A DNA stretch of 64,000 nucleotides from Bacteroidales bacterium. GTDB lineage: Bacteria > Bacteroidota > Bacteroidia > Bacteroidales > VadinHA17. The stretch is from NCBI GenBank assembly GCA_038252165.1, contig JBBSAP010000004.1, forward strand, positions 16,504-80,503, read 5' to 3'. This document shows positions 9,070-18,673 of the stretch, in pieces (the stretch's first letter is position 1; every line of letters starts with the position of its first letter). The notes beneath the pieces were generated by a model. It saw only the letters and a list, made by a program, of their open reading frames with translations. It ran no database searches and was not told the DNA's origin. A program made the translations under genes and the position numbers.

Positions 9070-9080
9070 TTTTGAATTTA

Positions 9081-10967
9081 TTATTTCGTTTTTTCTGATT
9101 TCCCTCCCAGGTAATACCTCTGTTTCTTTTTGTTTTCCCTGTAATTCTTATAAGCCTCTCTGACAGTTTCAATTTCTGAAACCTCTGCCACAGCTACTTC
9201 CCACCAGGCATAACCAGGAACGCCTTTGCAGAGGTCTGTTTCGATAGTGATAACTGTTGTTACGGTTTGTTTCTTTGCTCTCGCAAGGGCCTTTTTCAGA
9301 GATTCAATATCTTTAGCTTCAATTACATTCGCTCCCAGACTGCGGGCATTCTGCGCAAAATCAACTGGCAGGGTTTCACCAGTGAGCTGACCTGTTTTCT
9401 TTTCGCGGTACCGGTATTTCGTTCCGAAACGCTGGGATCCGACAGACTCTGACAGTGCCCCTATACTTCCGAATCCGTTGTTATTCAGAAGAACAATGGT
9501 GACTTTAATCCCTTCCTGAATGGCTGTGACAATTTCATTGTTCATCATCAGGTAGTTGCCATCGCCAACCATGACGAATATTTCCCGGTCGGGACAAGCC
9601 ATCTTTGCACCTATGCCTGCAGCACATTCATATCCCATGGTTGAATAACCATATTCAAGGTGAAATCCCTTCGGATCGATAGTCCTCCAGAGCTTATGAA
9701 GGTCGCCTGGCAGACTTCCGGCAGCGCACAGCACTACATCCCCGGGGCCGGCAAATTCATTGACGGCTCCAATAACTTCAGCCTGTGAGACAGGAATTTC
9801 TCCTGAAACTTTGTAAATCTCACTTACCTTCTCATCCCAGGCTTTATTTGCATCCGCAGCACTCTGAATATAATCTTTGGGAACCCTGTAATCACCCAGT
9901 AATACTGAAAGCTCTTCCAGACACACCTTAGCATCGCCTGTGACAGGCAATGCACAATGCTTATAAGAGTCGAAATCAGCAATATTTATATTGACGAACT
10001 TTACATCGGGATTCTGAAAGGCTGTTTTTGATGCGGTTGTAAAATCGCTGTAACGCGTTCCGATACCGATTATAAGATCAGCATCAGAGGTGAACTGGTT
10101 TGCTCCGGGGGTACCAGTTGCCCCTATTGCTCCAAGGTTTGAAGGGTGGTTATATGGCAGAGATCCCTTCCCTGCGAAAGTCTCAGCAACAGGAATTCCT
10201 GTCTGTTCTGTCACTATTTTTAAAATTTCCGTTGCTTCGCTGTAGATCACTCCCCCACCAGCAATAATTACCGGTTTCCTGGAATTCCTTATAAGGCTGG
10301 CAGCTTCATTTATTGCTGCTGTATCAGGTCTTGGTCTTGCTATTCTCCATATTCTCTTAAAGAATAATTCTTCAGGAAAGTCAAACGCCTCGGCCTGAAC
10401 ATCCTGTGGCAGGGCGAGGGTGACAGCTCCTGTATCAGAGGGGGAAGTCAGCACTCTCATCACTTCCGGCAGGGAGGTGATTAACTGTTCAGGCCTGCTG
10501 ATCCTGTCCCAGTATTTTGAAACAGGTTTAAAACAGTCATTTACTGATATATCCTGAGACTGGGTCGATTCAAGCTGCTGCAATACAGGGGCCACATTAC
10601 GGCGTACAAAAATATCACCCGGCATGATCAGCACAGGCAGCCTGTTGATCGTAGCACAGGCGGCTCCGGTTACCATATTTGTAGCGCCAGGGCCAATGGA
10701 TGAGATACAGGCAAATGCGCCAAGACGGTTCTTCATTTTGGCATACGCAGTTGCGATATGTACCGAAGCCTGTTCATTCCTGGTCATATAGTAACGGAAA
10801 TCAGGATTTTCCATCAAACCCTCGCCCACCCCGGCAACAATACCATGACCAAATATTCCCAGGCATCCTGCAAAAAAAGGATTTTCCACACCGTCGCGCT
10901 CAACGTACTGGTTCTTCAGAAACCTGACTATTGCCTGACCGACAGTCAATTTTTTTGTATTCATCAA
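9081..10967 (-). CDS. iolD: 3D-(3,5/4)-trihydroxycyclohexane-1,2-dione acylhydrolase (ThDP-dependent)
   Basis: 628 aa. The N-terminus LTVGQAIVRFLKNQYVERDG...FGHG parallels B. subtilis IolD. ThDP-binding GDGNYLMMNNE motif. Confidence 0.9.
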   Translation of the reverse strand: MMNTKKLTVGQAIVRFLKNQYVERDGVENPFFAGCLGIFGHGIVAGVGEGLMENPDFRYYMTRNEQASVHIATAYAKMKNRLGAFACISSIGPGATNMVTGAACATINRLPVLIMPGDIFVRRNVAPVLQQLESTQSQDISVNDCFKPVSKYWDRISRPEQLITSLPEVMRVLTSPSDTGAVTLALPQDVQAEAFDFPEELFFKRIWRIARPRPDTAAINEAASLIRNSRKPVIIAGGGVIYSEATEILKIVTEQTGIPVAETFAGKGSLPYNHPSNLGAIGATGTPGANQFTSDADLIIGIGTRYSDFTTASKTAFQNPDVKFVNINIADFDSYKHCALPVTGDAKVCLEELSVLLGDYRVPKDYIQSAADANKAWDEKVSEIYKVSGEIPVSQAEVIGAVNEFAGPGDVVLCAAGSLPGDLHKLWRTIDPKGFHLEYGYSTMGYECAAGIGAKMACPDREIFVMVGDGNYLMMNNEIVTAIQEGIKVTIVLLNNNGFGSIGALSESVGSQRFGTKYRYREKKTGQLTGETLPVDFAQNARSLGANVIEAKDIESLKKALARAKKQTVTTVITIETDLCKGVPGYAWWEVAVAEVSEIETVREAYKNYRENKKKQRYYLGGKSEKTK

Positions 10968-10977
10968 GATTAGCTCC

Positions 10978-11883
10978 TTAATTATTCTTATTACAATTCA
11001 TTTCTATAGTGACTAGCGGAATCCTTGGATCCATCCCCTTCCATGTTCCGTAGATCCATTTGTGGTCAGGATCATCGGTACTTGTAAGGCTCTGGTCGCT
11101 TCCCGCAAGAAAATTCAGATAATAAACATTGTATCCGTGTCCTGCAACAACAGGATGATATCCTTCAGGCACAATCACCAGATCATTGTTATGTGCTTCT
11201 GCTATTTCATCCAGGCTCCGGTCATCGTTATACACTTTCTGGATTGCGAATCCCTGAGGTTTATCGATCTTATAAAAATATATCTCTTCGAGACTGGCTT
11301 CCAGTAATTTACCGGTCAAAGGATCGATTTTTCTTTTATCATGCTTATGGGCAGGGAAAGAGCTCCAGTTACCTGAGGGTGTATAAACCTCAACACATAC
11401 CAGCCTGCTGCTTTCAGATCCAGGAGGCAAAATACTGTTGATCTGCCGGCTGGCATTGTCTCCGCCGCGGAATTCAACTCCCATTTTCACTACATCTTCA
11501 GGTGAAATTAAACGGGCGGGATATTTTTTTTCAGCTAAGCACCATCCGCATGCGATGTCAAGAATATCGCCGGCAGGCGAAATATCAAATTCAGTATGAG
11601 GAGGGAGGTATAAAGCATGAGGCATTCCGCTGAATACATCTTTTCTTCCGTTCCATGTTTTCCATGAACCAGCTGACGTTTCAGCGGTGAAATTGCCACC
11701 CATCAAAACAAACAGATATTCATTGTCCTTTGTATTTCCTTTCCATTTTTGCCCTGATTTAATAGTTCTGGCAAGAAAATTCAGCTGATTCCACCCTGCT
11801 TCATCAGATGTGACACTCTGGTAAATTTCATCCTCCCGAGATGCTTTTGCAAGAACTTTGCATTTCTTATCTCTGTTCATCAT
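10978..11883 (-). CDS. iolB: 5-deoxy-glucuronate isomerase
   Basis: The motifs VEVYTPSGNWSSFPAHKHD and VIVPEGYHPV closely parallel B. subtilis IolB. Confidence 0.9.
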   Translation of the reverse strand: MMNRDKKCKVLAKASREDEIYQSVTSDEAGWNQLNFLARTIKSGQKWKGNTKDNEYLFVLMGGNFTAETSAGSWKTWNGRKDVFSGMPHALYLPPHTEFDISPAGDILDIACGWCLAEKKYPARLISPEDVVKMGVEFRGGDNASRQINSILPPGSESSRLVCVEVYTPSGNWSSFPAHKHDKRKIDPLTGKLLEASLEEIYFYKIDKPQGFAIQKVYNDDRSLDEIAEAHNNDLVIVPEGYHPVVAGHGYNVYYLNFLAGSDQSLTSTDDPDHKWIYGTWKGMDPRIPLVTIEMNCNKNN

Positions 11884-11890
11884 AAAGTGT

Positions 11891-12979
11891 TTAAGGGAGC
11901 ATTATATCACGGATTTTTAGAATCAGGTCAGTAGTCGCCTGGCTGAATTGTCGTAATGTTCGTACAGTAGATCCGAATCCATCGAACTCTTCAACTTTCA
12001 TCCCTTTTTCATCGTATGCCCGGCGGAAATCCAGGAACTTTTTCTCAAGTTCGTCAATGATCGCCTGGTCAACGGGTTTATCCATCCTGTTCTCGATTGT
12101 TACATCCGATGCGTTGTATCTTTTCTGCCACTGCCAGGGAGGAGAAATAACGACATTACCACCAATGAATTCTGACCAGTGCCGGTGATTTCTGAAAGCA
12201 GCGCTTAAAAGCCTCAGCCGGTAACCGCGTTCTGTGTAAATCCGGTAGGCTTTCTTCATAACAGCCACACCTGCCCAATCAAATATCTCAGGATTTGCGA
12301 TTATATTTTCTTTTTCCGATACTACTTTAAGCCAGTCATCGAGCCTGCCCACCATCAGTGTACATACAGGTCCCATTGTGCTGATATCCTTCCTCTCCTT
12401 TTCCCTCCGGGTCAGCCCGCGTTCGACGGCTTCGGCCACAGCTATGGCCTGGGGGAGTGTAAAGCTTACTGTGGCGTTAATGCTTATTCCTCTGTATGTT
12501 GCCTCTTCAATGGCTTCGACACCAGCTTTTGTGACAGGTATCTTAACGATCATGTTCGGAGCAAGCTGGTTGAAATGCTCCGCCTGTAACAGAATTCTTC
12601 CTGCATCGCGGTATAACCTGGGATCAGTCTGTATAGAAAGTCTTCCATTCTTTCCTTTTTCCCTGTCAAACACAGGCTTGAGCAGGGAAGCGGCCTTCAC
12701 CGACATCTCCTCTATAAGCTTCCACGCAATTTCATCTTCGGTGGCTGCCGGATTTTCTTTTATGATCAGAGGGATCCGCTCCTTCCATATTTCCCACTCC
12801 TGCCTGAGAACATTGAGAACAATAACGGGATTACAGGTAGCTCCCGAAGCACCATGGCCGATTGAGGATGTAAGCTCTTCGGTCGAGCAGGAGTCATTCC
12901 ACAGCATCGTCGGGGTTGTCTGCGTCATTTTGTGAAGTGTGCTTTTATAAATCTCTTTTTGTTGTGATTCTTTTTCCAT
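11891..12979 (-). CDS. transaldolase-family (class I, Schiff-base) aldolase/transferase
   Basis: 362 aa with GATCNPVI near the N-terminus and IVKIPVTKAG (putative Schiff-base Lys). Embedded between the symporter and iolB. Confidence 0.8.
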   Translation of the reverse strand: MEKESQQKEIYKSTLHKMTQTTPTMLWNDSCSTEELTSSIGHGASGATCNPVIVLNVLRQEWEIWKERIPLIIKENPAATEDEIAWKLIEEMSVKAASLLKPVFDREKGKNGRLSIQTDPRLYRDAGRILLQAEHFNQLAPNMIVKIPVTKAGVEAIEEATYRGISINATVSFTLPQAIAVAEAVERGLTRREKERKDISTMGPVCTLMVGRLDDWLKVVSEKENIIANPEIFDWAGVAVMKKAYRIYTERGYRLRLLSAAFRNHRHWSEFIGGNVVISPPWQWQKRYNASDVTIENRMDKPVDQAIIDELEKKFLDFRRAYDEKGMKVEEFDGFGSTVRTLRQFSQATTDLILKIRDIMLP

Positions 12980-13019
12980 AATATTATTTTGCTGTTATGG
13001 TTGCCTAAATTCATTTTAA

Positions 13020-14828
13020 TTACCAGAATACGGTGTAAAGAAGAGCTAATATACCGCAAATTCCTATTGCTGCGATATTGAATGCCGGTGTGGTTTCAAA
13101 AATTCCTTCCCTGATAATAATACCCTTATCATTCATTTTCTTCTGAGCATTATTCAGGATTATGATAAAGCCTAACAGTATAAACCCGGCAACAATAACA
13201 TAGCCTGCTTCAAGCGCCAGGTTTTTATACTGCCTGACAAAAAAAGACATTACAATTCCGGCAATTACTGCCACGGCAATCATTCTTGCCCCTAACCTGA
13301 TCCTCTTCCCGGCCAGTTCTTCATTATGAACATTATCGATATTATGATTTTTGTCCAGAAGGCTTAAACCAATCATTACAAATGAAAGCACTATAAAAAC
13401 ATATCCTATGCGAAGGATAAACGGCATCTCAGGATTTATGATTTTAAATAGAATTCCCAGGGGAATGGTGAGTATTGCTGTCCAGAGAGCTGCATTGGCA
13501 GTGGCCCGCCTCCAGAAAAGTCCGCAAAAGAAAATCAGGAAAGTACCAGGGTATATATATCCGGTATACTCCTGGATATACTGGTATGCCTGATCGAGAG
13601 TTTTCAGTTCAGGCGCTACGGCAGTTGAGATAATCAGAGCAACCAATGCCGTTATCCTGCCAGTTCTTACGAGCTGCTTTTCTGAAGCATTTTTATTCAG
13701 ATAGCTTTTGTAAATATCAATTGTAAAAATGGTTGATGTACTGTTTACCAGTGAGCTGATCGATGATACGGCAGCTGCCGCAATTGCAGCCAGTGAAAGT
13801 CCCGAGATCCCGACCGGTACAATATTGGCTATCAGCCAGGGGTATGCTTCATCTGATTTTCCAAGTTTTACGCCAAGTGCAAAAACAGCGATTCCCGGTA
13901 TTACGACCAGCAGGGGAACAAGCAGTTTAAGATATCCGGCAAATACCACTCCATGCTGGGCTTCCTTCAGTGATTTACCGGCGAGTCCGCGCTGTATAAT
14001 GAACTGATTGAATCCCCAGAATCCGATATTTGTAAGCCACATGGATCCGATCACCACTCCCAGTCCCGGCAAATCATTGAATGCATCCTTCAGGCCACCC
14101 TTTCCATCTGGTACCGACAGAGTTCCTTTTTCGATGATCATATGAAATTTCTGAGGCGCCCTTTCGAGGAGTTCTGAAAAGCCTGCAAATATTCCATTCC
14201 CGTCGCTAAGGGCATTAAGTGCAAATGCAGTTGTGATAATGCCACCCAGTATTAAAATAAAAACATTAAACACATCTGTCCAGGCAACAGCTTTCATTCC
14301 TCCCCACAGTGAGTATAAAGCAGAAAAGAATGAGAATGCGATAACCCCGTAAATAAGAGGTAATCCGATTATTCGTTCCATTGCCAGCGCCCCCAGGTAT
14401 ATTACGGCTGTCATGTTTATAAAGATGTACACCAGTATCCAGAAAACAGCCAGGCTGGTACTTACCCTCTTATCATACCTCTGTGTAAGGAACTGAGGCA
14501 TTGTATATATCTTCTTCTCAATAAACACCGGAAGAAAATACTTGGCAACCAGAATAAGAACAGCTGCCGCGATCCATTCATAGGCTGCAATAGCCAAACC
14601 AACCGCATATCCCGATCCTGACATTGCAATAAAATGTTCTGCTGAGATATTAGCCGCAAGGAGCGTGGATCCGATCGCCCACCACGGTAATGAACGGCTG
14701 GCTAAGAAATAATCCTGTGAGGTTTTTTGCTGGCCCTTTTTGGTTCTTGAGACCCAGAGCCCGAGGCCCACAATGATTATGGCATAAGTAAAGAAAATTA
14801 CCCAGTCAATAGTAGCGAATTGTTTCAT
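13020..14828 (-). CDS. sodium:solute symporter (SSS/SLC5 family), probable inositol or sugar uptake
   Basis: 602 aa, polytopic, with an SSS-like N-terminus (DYFLASRSLPWWAIGSTLLAANISAEHF). The substrate is inferred only from operon context. Confidence 0.85.
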   Translation of the reverse strand: MKQFATIDWVIFFTYAIIIVGLGLWVSRTKKGQQKTSQDYFLASRSLPWWAIGSTLLAANISAEHFIAMSGSGYAVGLAIAAYEWIAAAVLILVAKYFLPVFIEKKIYTMPQFLTQRYDKRVSTSLAVFWILVYIFINMTAVIYLGALAMERIIGLPLIYGVIAFSFFSALYSLWGGMKAVAWTDVFNVFILILGGIITTAFALNALSDGNGIFAGFSELLERAPQKFHMIIEKGTLSVPDGKGGLKDAFNDLPGLGVVIGSMWLTNIGFWGFNQFIIQRGLAGKSLKEAQHGVVFAGYLKLLVPLLVVIPGIAVFALGVKLGKSDEAYPWLIANIVPVGISGLSLAAIAAAAVSSISSLVNSTSTIFTIDIYKSYLNKNASEKQLVRTGRITALVALIISTAVAPELKTLDQAYQYIQEYTGYIYPGTFLIFFCGLFWRRATANAALWTAILTIPLGILFKIINPEMPFILRIGYVFIVLSFVMIGLSLLDKNHNIDNVHNEELAGKRIRLGARMIAVAVIAGIVMSFFVRQYKNLALEAGYVIVAGFILLGFIIILNNAQKKMNDKGIIIREGIFETTPAFNIAAIGICGILALLYTVFW

Positions 14829-14838
14829 TTATAGACGA

Positions 14839-15618
14839 TTATTGAGGATTATTCAGAAACCCGGCAAGTTTCACAATTTTGTCGGTGTTTATGAAATCAA
14901 CCTTCATTTTCATAAAGGTATCCCATGCATTAATGTCATCAGGAACATTCCAGAACCTGATCTTCTTTTTCACTGAATGAACTGAATCAATAATTCCATT
15001 AAGCCTTATCTTTTCTTTCTCAATAATTTCACCTTCACCGTTCCATGAAGAGAAGTTCCTGAAGTTTTCGCTGTAAAGAGCAATCCTTTTCAACTGCTTT
15101 TTACTGAAATTCTGATTCAGGTTGCCATCGAAAAAAATAAAACCCGGATAATTTACGAATTTGCCCGGTTCAGGCCTATTACCTGTAATGACTATCCGGA
15201 CTGAATTTTTATTTATTTTCGGATTGAACACATCCGGATATTGAATCAGCTTATGAATCAGCAATGAAAGAGTCGGCTCAAAAGGTGTTTTAAGATCAAT
15301 CAGCAACTGAAATGTTCCGGGATTGTCTTTCCAGGCTTTGCCTTTATTCTGCCTAAATATTCTGACAATTGGCTGAATATAAAGAGAATCAAGAGTCCTT
15401 GAGGGAACTATTTCTTTCTCGTAATGTGCAACGAACAATTCGCCATTGATTGCCCAGATATCTGCTTCGATCGAACCGAAATGGTTATTATAGGCCAGCA
15501 GGAAGGGGATGTCGTTCTCATAATCATTGTGAGAATGAGCATTCAGGGTTGAATATTGGGCAATTGTTGCAGAAAAAATGAATATAAGTGTCAGAAAAAC
15601 TAAAATTATTCTCTTCAT
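14839..15618 (-). CDS. secreted PLC-like phosphodiesterase (PI-PLC / glycerophosphodiester phosphodiesterase superfamily, AIM6-like)
   Basis: Start moved to MKRIILVFLTLIFIFSATIAQ (signal peptide). HSHNDYEN...SIEADIWAINGELFVAH matches the AIM6/PLC-like catalytic signature. Confidence 0.65.
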   Translation of the reverse strand: MKRIILVFLTLIFIFSATIAQYSTLNAHSHNDYENDIPFLLAYNNHFGSIEADIWAINGELFVAHYEKEIVPSRTLDSLYIQPIVRIFRQNKGKAWKDNPGTFQLLIDLKTPFEPTLSLLIHKLIQYPDVFNPKINKNSVRIVITGNRPEPGKFVNYPGFIFFDGNLNQNFSKKQLKRIALYSENFRNFSSWNGEGEIIEKEKIRLNGIIDSVHSVKKKIRFWNVPDDINAWDTFMKMKVDFINTDKIVKLAGFLNNPQ

Positions 15619-15913
15619 AACAGTTGTCGGTTTATATGGATTTAACATTAGAAAATTAAGTAATATCTTTAATATATCAAACAGTTTGACAGTATGAAAA
15701 GTCATGGATAAGGTAATAATCCTATTTTCATACTGGCCTTCATAACTGCTGTATTCATGATATTCATTATGATAGGTTTAAATCTCCTTAAAAGACAGGT
15801 TTTTGGTTACTGCTGCTTATCGGTATTTCAATAAATCGAAAAAATCTGCGTTCATAAAGGTGATATGATAAAAAATTTGTATTATTGGAGGTTCAATTTA
15901 AAAATTAACAGAT

Positions 15914-16132
15914 ATGAAAAAAATACTTATAGGTATCGGAACAATTTTAATTATGGCATTTGTGGTTATCCTGTTTGTCAACGCCAATGGTTCCAGAAAG
16001 GAGTCGCAGAAGGCCAAAACTGAATCTTGTTGTCCTGCCAGCCAGACTGAAGCAAAAACAGTAAATTCTGATTGCGGACAGACTGGTTCCTGCACGGGTA
16101 CCTGCGGATCAAAAACTACAGGAGCCAAATAA
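15914..16132 (+). CDS. small single-pass membrane protein with Cys-rich tail
   Basis: 72 aa with an N-terminal TM helix (ILIGIGTILIMAFVVILFV). The tail carries 6 Cys (SCCPAS...DCGQTGSCTGTCGS). A clean intrinsic terminator follows. Confidence 0.4.
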   Translation: MKKILIGIGTILIMAFVVILFVNANGSRKESQKAKTESCCPASQTEAKTVNSDCGQTGSCTGTCGSKTTGAK

Positions 16133-16157
16133 CTTCTCCTTATGAATTGAAAAAATA

Positions 16158-16197
16158 ATCCGGTATGTGAATCAGTTCACAGCCGGATTTTTTTTTA
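16158..16197 (+). terminator. rho-independent terminator
   Basis: atccggtatgtgaa-tcag-ttcacagccggat stem-loop followed by a run of about 9 T. Confidence 0.7.
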
Positions 16198-16284
16198 AAA
16201 TATTGCGAATCCTGACAAGCCAAATTAAAGAATTCCCTATTTTTAGACTGTTATTGATCAATTAACCCTTAACCATATTTCACA

Positions 16285-17742
16285 ATGAAAGAAAAGACTG
16301 ATAAAGGATTGAACCGCCGCGATTTTCTGGGATTGTCAGCTATCGGACTGACAGGTCTCACTATCCTGCCAAGCTATGTTATAAACGGGATCCGGGTAGC
16401 TCCAAGCGACCGTGTTCTGATGGGAACGATTGGTCTGGGTCGTCAGGCGCTCTCCGATTTCAGGGGATTTGCCGGTGCTGCCGGACTTCAGGTAGTGGCT
16501 TGCTGTGATGTAGATACTATTAAACAGCAGCGATACAAGAAGACCGTTGAAGAGTGGCAGAAATCTAAAGGACTTGCTCCGCGATGTGATACCTATGAAC
16601 AGTATGAACAGCTCCTCGGGCGTAAGGATATAGATATTGTGGAAGTTGTATCACCCGATCACTGGCATGCTCTGATGACAATTCATGCCTGCCAGGCAGG
16701 AAAAGATGTTTATGTACAGAAACCTCTCTCCTACACTATCAGGGAAGCACTGACAATGACCAGGGTTGCGAATGACAATAAAAGGGTAGTCCAGGTAGGA
16801 AGCCAGCAACGCTCAAGCAAGGAATTCCAGAAAGCCATTGAACTTGTACAAAAAGGTGCAATAGGTCACATCGAGAAGATATATGCAAAGGTTGGGGATC
16901 CTCCGAAGCCTCTCGACCTGCCGGCAATGGCTATTCCGGGGAACCTGAACTGGAACCTGTGGCTTGGTCCTCTCAATGATGAAAAGATCGTGTACAATTC
17001 CGATCTTGCACCACAGATAACTCTCGATCCGGTGCAAAACGAAACACTCTGGGGTGCATGGCGATGGTACCTGGAAACCGGGAACGGCTACACGGCTGAC
17101 TGGGGAGCCCACATGTTCGATATTGCACAGGCAGCGATCGGGATGGATGGGTCAGCCCCAAGCGAAATAATTCCAAAAGGTTACAACGGCCAGCCATATA
17201 TGACTTTCAAATACAAGACCGGTGTTGTGATGACTGAACAGCCTTATCTTGAGGATAATCCAGGTGCTCAGGGAATTAAATTCATTGGTACAAAAGGATG
17301 GATAGAAGTTGCAAGAGGGTATTTAGCATGTTCCGATCCTTCACTCATTCCGGCAGAAATTGCAGGAAACCGGCCGCAAGCAAGAGCTGAACGCCCGGCC
17401 GCCGCTCAGCCGGCACAAAGGCCTGCTTCTGCACAGGGACGTCAGGCTGCCGCACAGGGACAAAACCAGGCACGTCCAGCTCCCACACAGGCAGGTCTGC
17501 AGTTTGAGATCAGTTCACCACACATGCAAAACTTTATTGATTGCGTGCGTTCCCGCCAGAAACCCATCGCATCCATTGAGGTAGGCTGCAGTACAGCAAT
17601 AACCTGCTGTCTCGGAAATATTGCAAATGAGCTTAAGAGACCACTGAAATGGGATCCGGCCACATACACATTTGTCGATGATAAAGAGGCTTGCAGTCAC
17701 AGGTTAATGGATTATGACTACAGGAAGCCTTATAAACTATAG
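16285..17742 (+). CDS. TAT-signal Gfo/Idh/MocA family oxidoreductase
   Basis: Twin-arginine leader (NRRDFLGLSAIG), Rossmann region and EKP-like QKPLS motif. Contains an Ala/Gln/Pro/Arg-rich insertion (17365-17496). Confidence 0.85.
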   Translation: MKEKTDKGLNRRDFLGLSAIGLTGLTILPSYVINGIRVAPSDRVLMGTIGLGRQALSDFRGFAGAAGLQVVACCDVDTIKQQRYKKTVEEWQKSKGLAPRCDTYEQYEQLLGRKDIDIVEVVSPDHWHALMTIHACQAGKDVYVQKPLSYTIREALTMTRVANDNKRVVQVGSQQRSSKEFQKAIELVQKGAIGHIEKIYAKVGDPPKPLDLPAMAIPGNLNWNLWLGPLNDEKIVYNSDLAPQITLDPVQNETLWGAWRWYLETGNGYTADWGAHMFDIAQAAIGMDGSAPSEIIPKGYNGQPYMTFKYKTGVVMTEQPYLEDNPGAQGIKFIGTKGWIEVARGYLACSDPSLIPAEIAGNRPQARAERPAAAQPAQRPASAQGRQAAAQGQNQARPAPTQAGLQFEISSPHMQNFIDCVRSRQKPIASIEVGCSTAITCCLGNIANELKRPLKWDPATYTFVDDKEACSHRLMDYDYRKPYKL

Positions 17743-17875
17743 AGTTTAAATTAGAAGAACTTACAGAGAGGGCCACAGAGATCCAAATCCGACCTGTGGT
17801 AAGCAATTTTATTCCACAAAATAAAATTTGTTTCCAATTGTTTTGGATGTAAATTTGACAATAGAAATCCTTGCA

Positions 17876-18649
17876 ATGGCATATTTTAAATTCAGAGGTG
17901 CTCTGTTTTTTCTGCTTCTTTTAATACCGGGTGCCGTCTTAAGCCAGGACATATTATATAAGAAAGATGCCACTTCCCTGAATGTCAAAATAATAGATTT
18001 TAACGGAAAAACTGTCAGATACAAGATTGAAGGTGACTCGGCCGCGGTTAATCATTACATGAGCACATCAGTGCTTGACAGCCTTAAGTACTCAGGCGGA
18101 AATTCAATTAATCTGACTTTGGGTTCCAATATTATAGAACCAAAACTGAAAGAAACAGACCGGAATTATTTCAGCACCGAGCTTATCAATTTATTCACAG
18201 GCAAACCATACCTTGAGTATGAAAGGATTTCGAAAAACGGGAAGACTGGTTTTGTCACAGGATTGCTTATCAATTTTAATACATACGATAACATGTATTG
18301 GTTTGGATACCAAGGCTGGATGCAGTTTTATAATTTCAGTCCGCACTATTTTTTCGTCAGGACCGGAGTAAATTTCTATCCCTTCAGCCAGTCACTTGTG
18401 AGGACCGGAATCACAAGGTTTTCAACAGGATTCTCTATATTGCTCGGTTCATACCGAAAGATCGATTTTGACACATACTACATCGACAGCTTTAATACTA
18501 AACCGGTCCTGGCAGGAAGCCTCATGTGGAATTTCAGGGAAAAGCTTTTTCTCGGCGATCATTTTGTGATCACCGGAGGACTGGAGTTTTCGGTGATTCC
18601 GCTTTTCACTTTTTTCTGCCCGCAAATCGGTGTTTCACTTGGCTTTTAA
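17876..18649 (+). CDS. hypothetical secreted protein, possibly an outer-membrane beta-barrel
   Basis: Start moved to MAYFKFRGALFFLLLLIPGAVLSQ. Aromatic-rich alternating pattern with C-terminal ...GVSLGF. Confidence 0.4.
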   Translation: MAYFKFRGALFFLLLLIPGAVLSQDILYKKDATSLNVKIIDFNGKTVRYKIEGDSAAVNHYMSTSVLDSLKYSGGNSINLTLGSNIIEPKLKETDRNYFSTELINLFTGKPYLEYERISKNGKTGFVTGLLINFNTYDNMYWFGYQGWMQFYNFSPHYFFVRTGVNFYPFSQSLVRTGITRFSTGFSILLGSYRKIDFDTYYIDSFNTKPVLAGSLMWNFREKLFLGDHFVITGGLEFSVIPLFTFFCPQIGVSLGF

Positions 18650-18673
18650 TGCACCTAAATAATATTTATTCAG

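Noticed and set aside
12378-12935. 185-aa ORF antisense to the transaldolase-family gene. Similar long antisense ORFs occur at 46195-46887, 56187-56800, 7973-8326 and 6053-6561.
   Set aside because: All lie opposite well-supported conserved genes and show no recognisable motifs.
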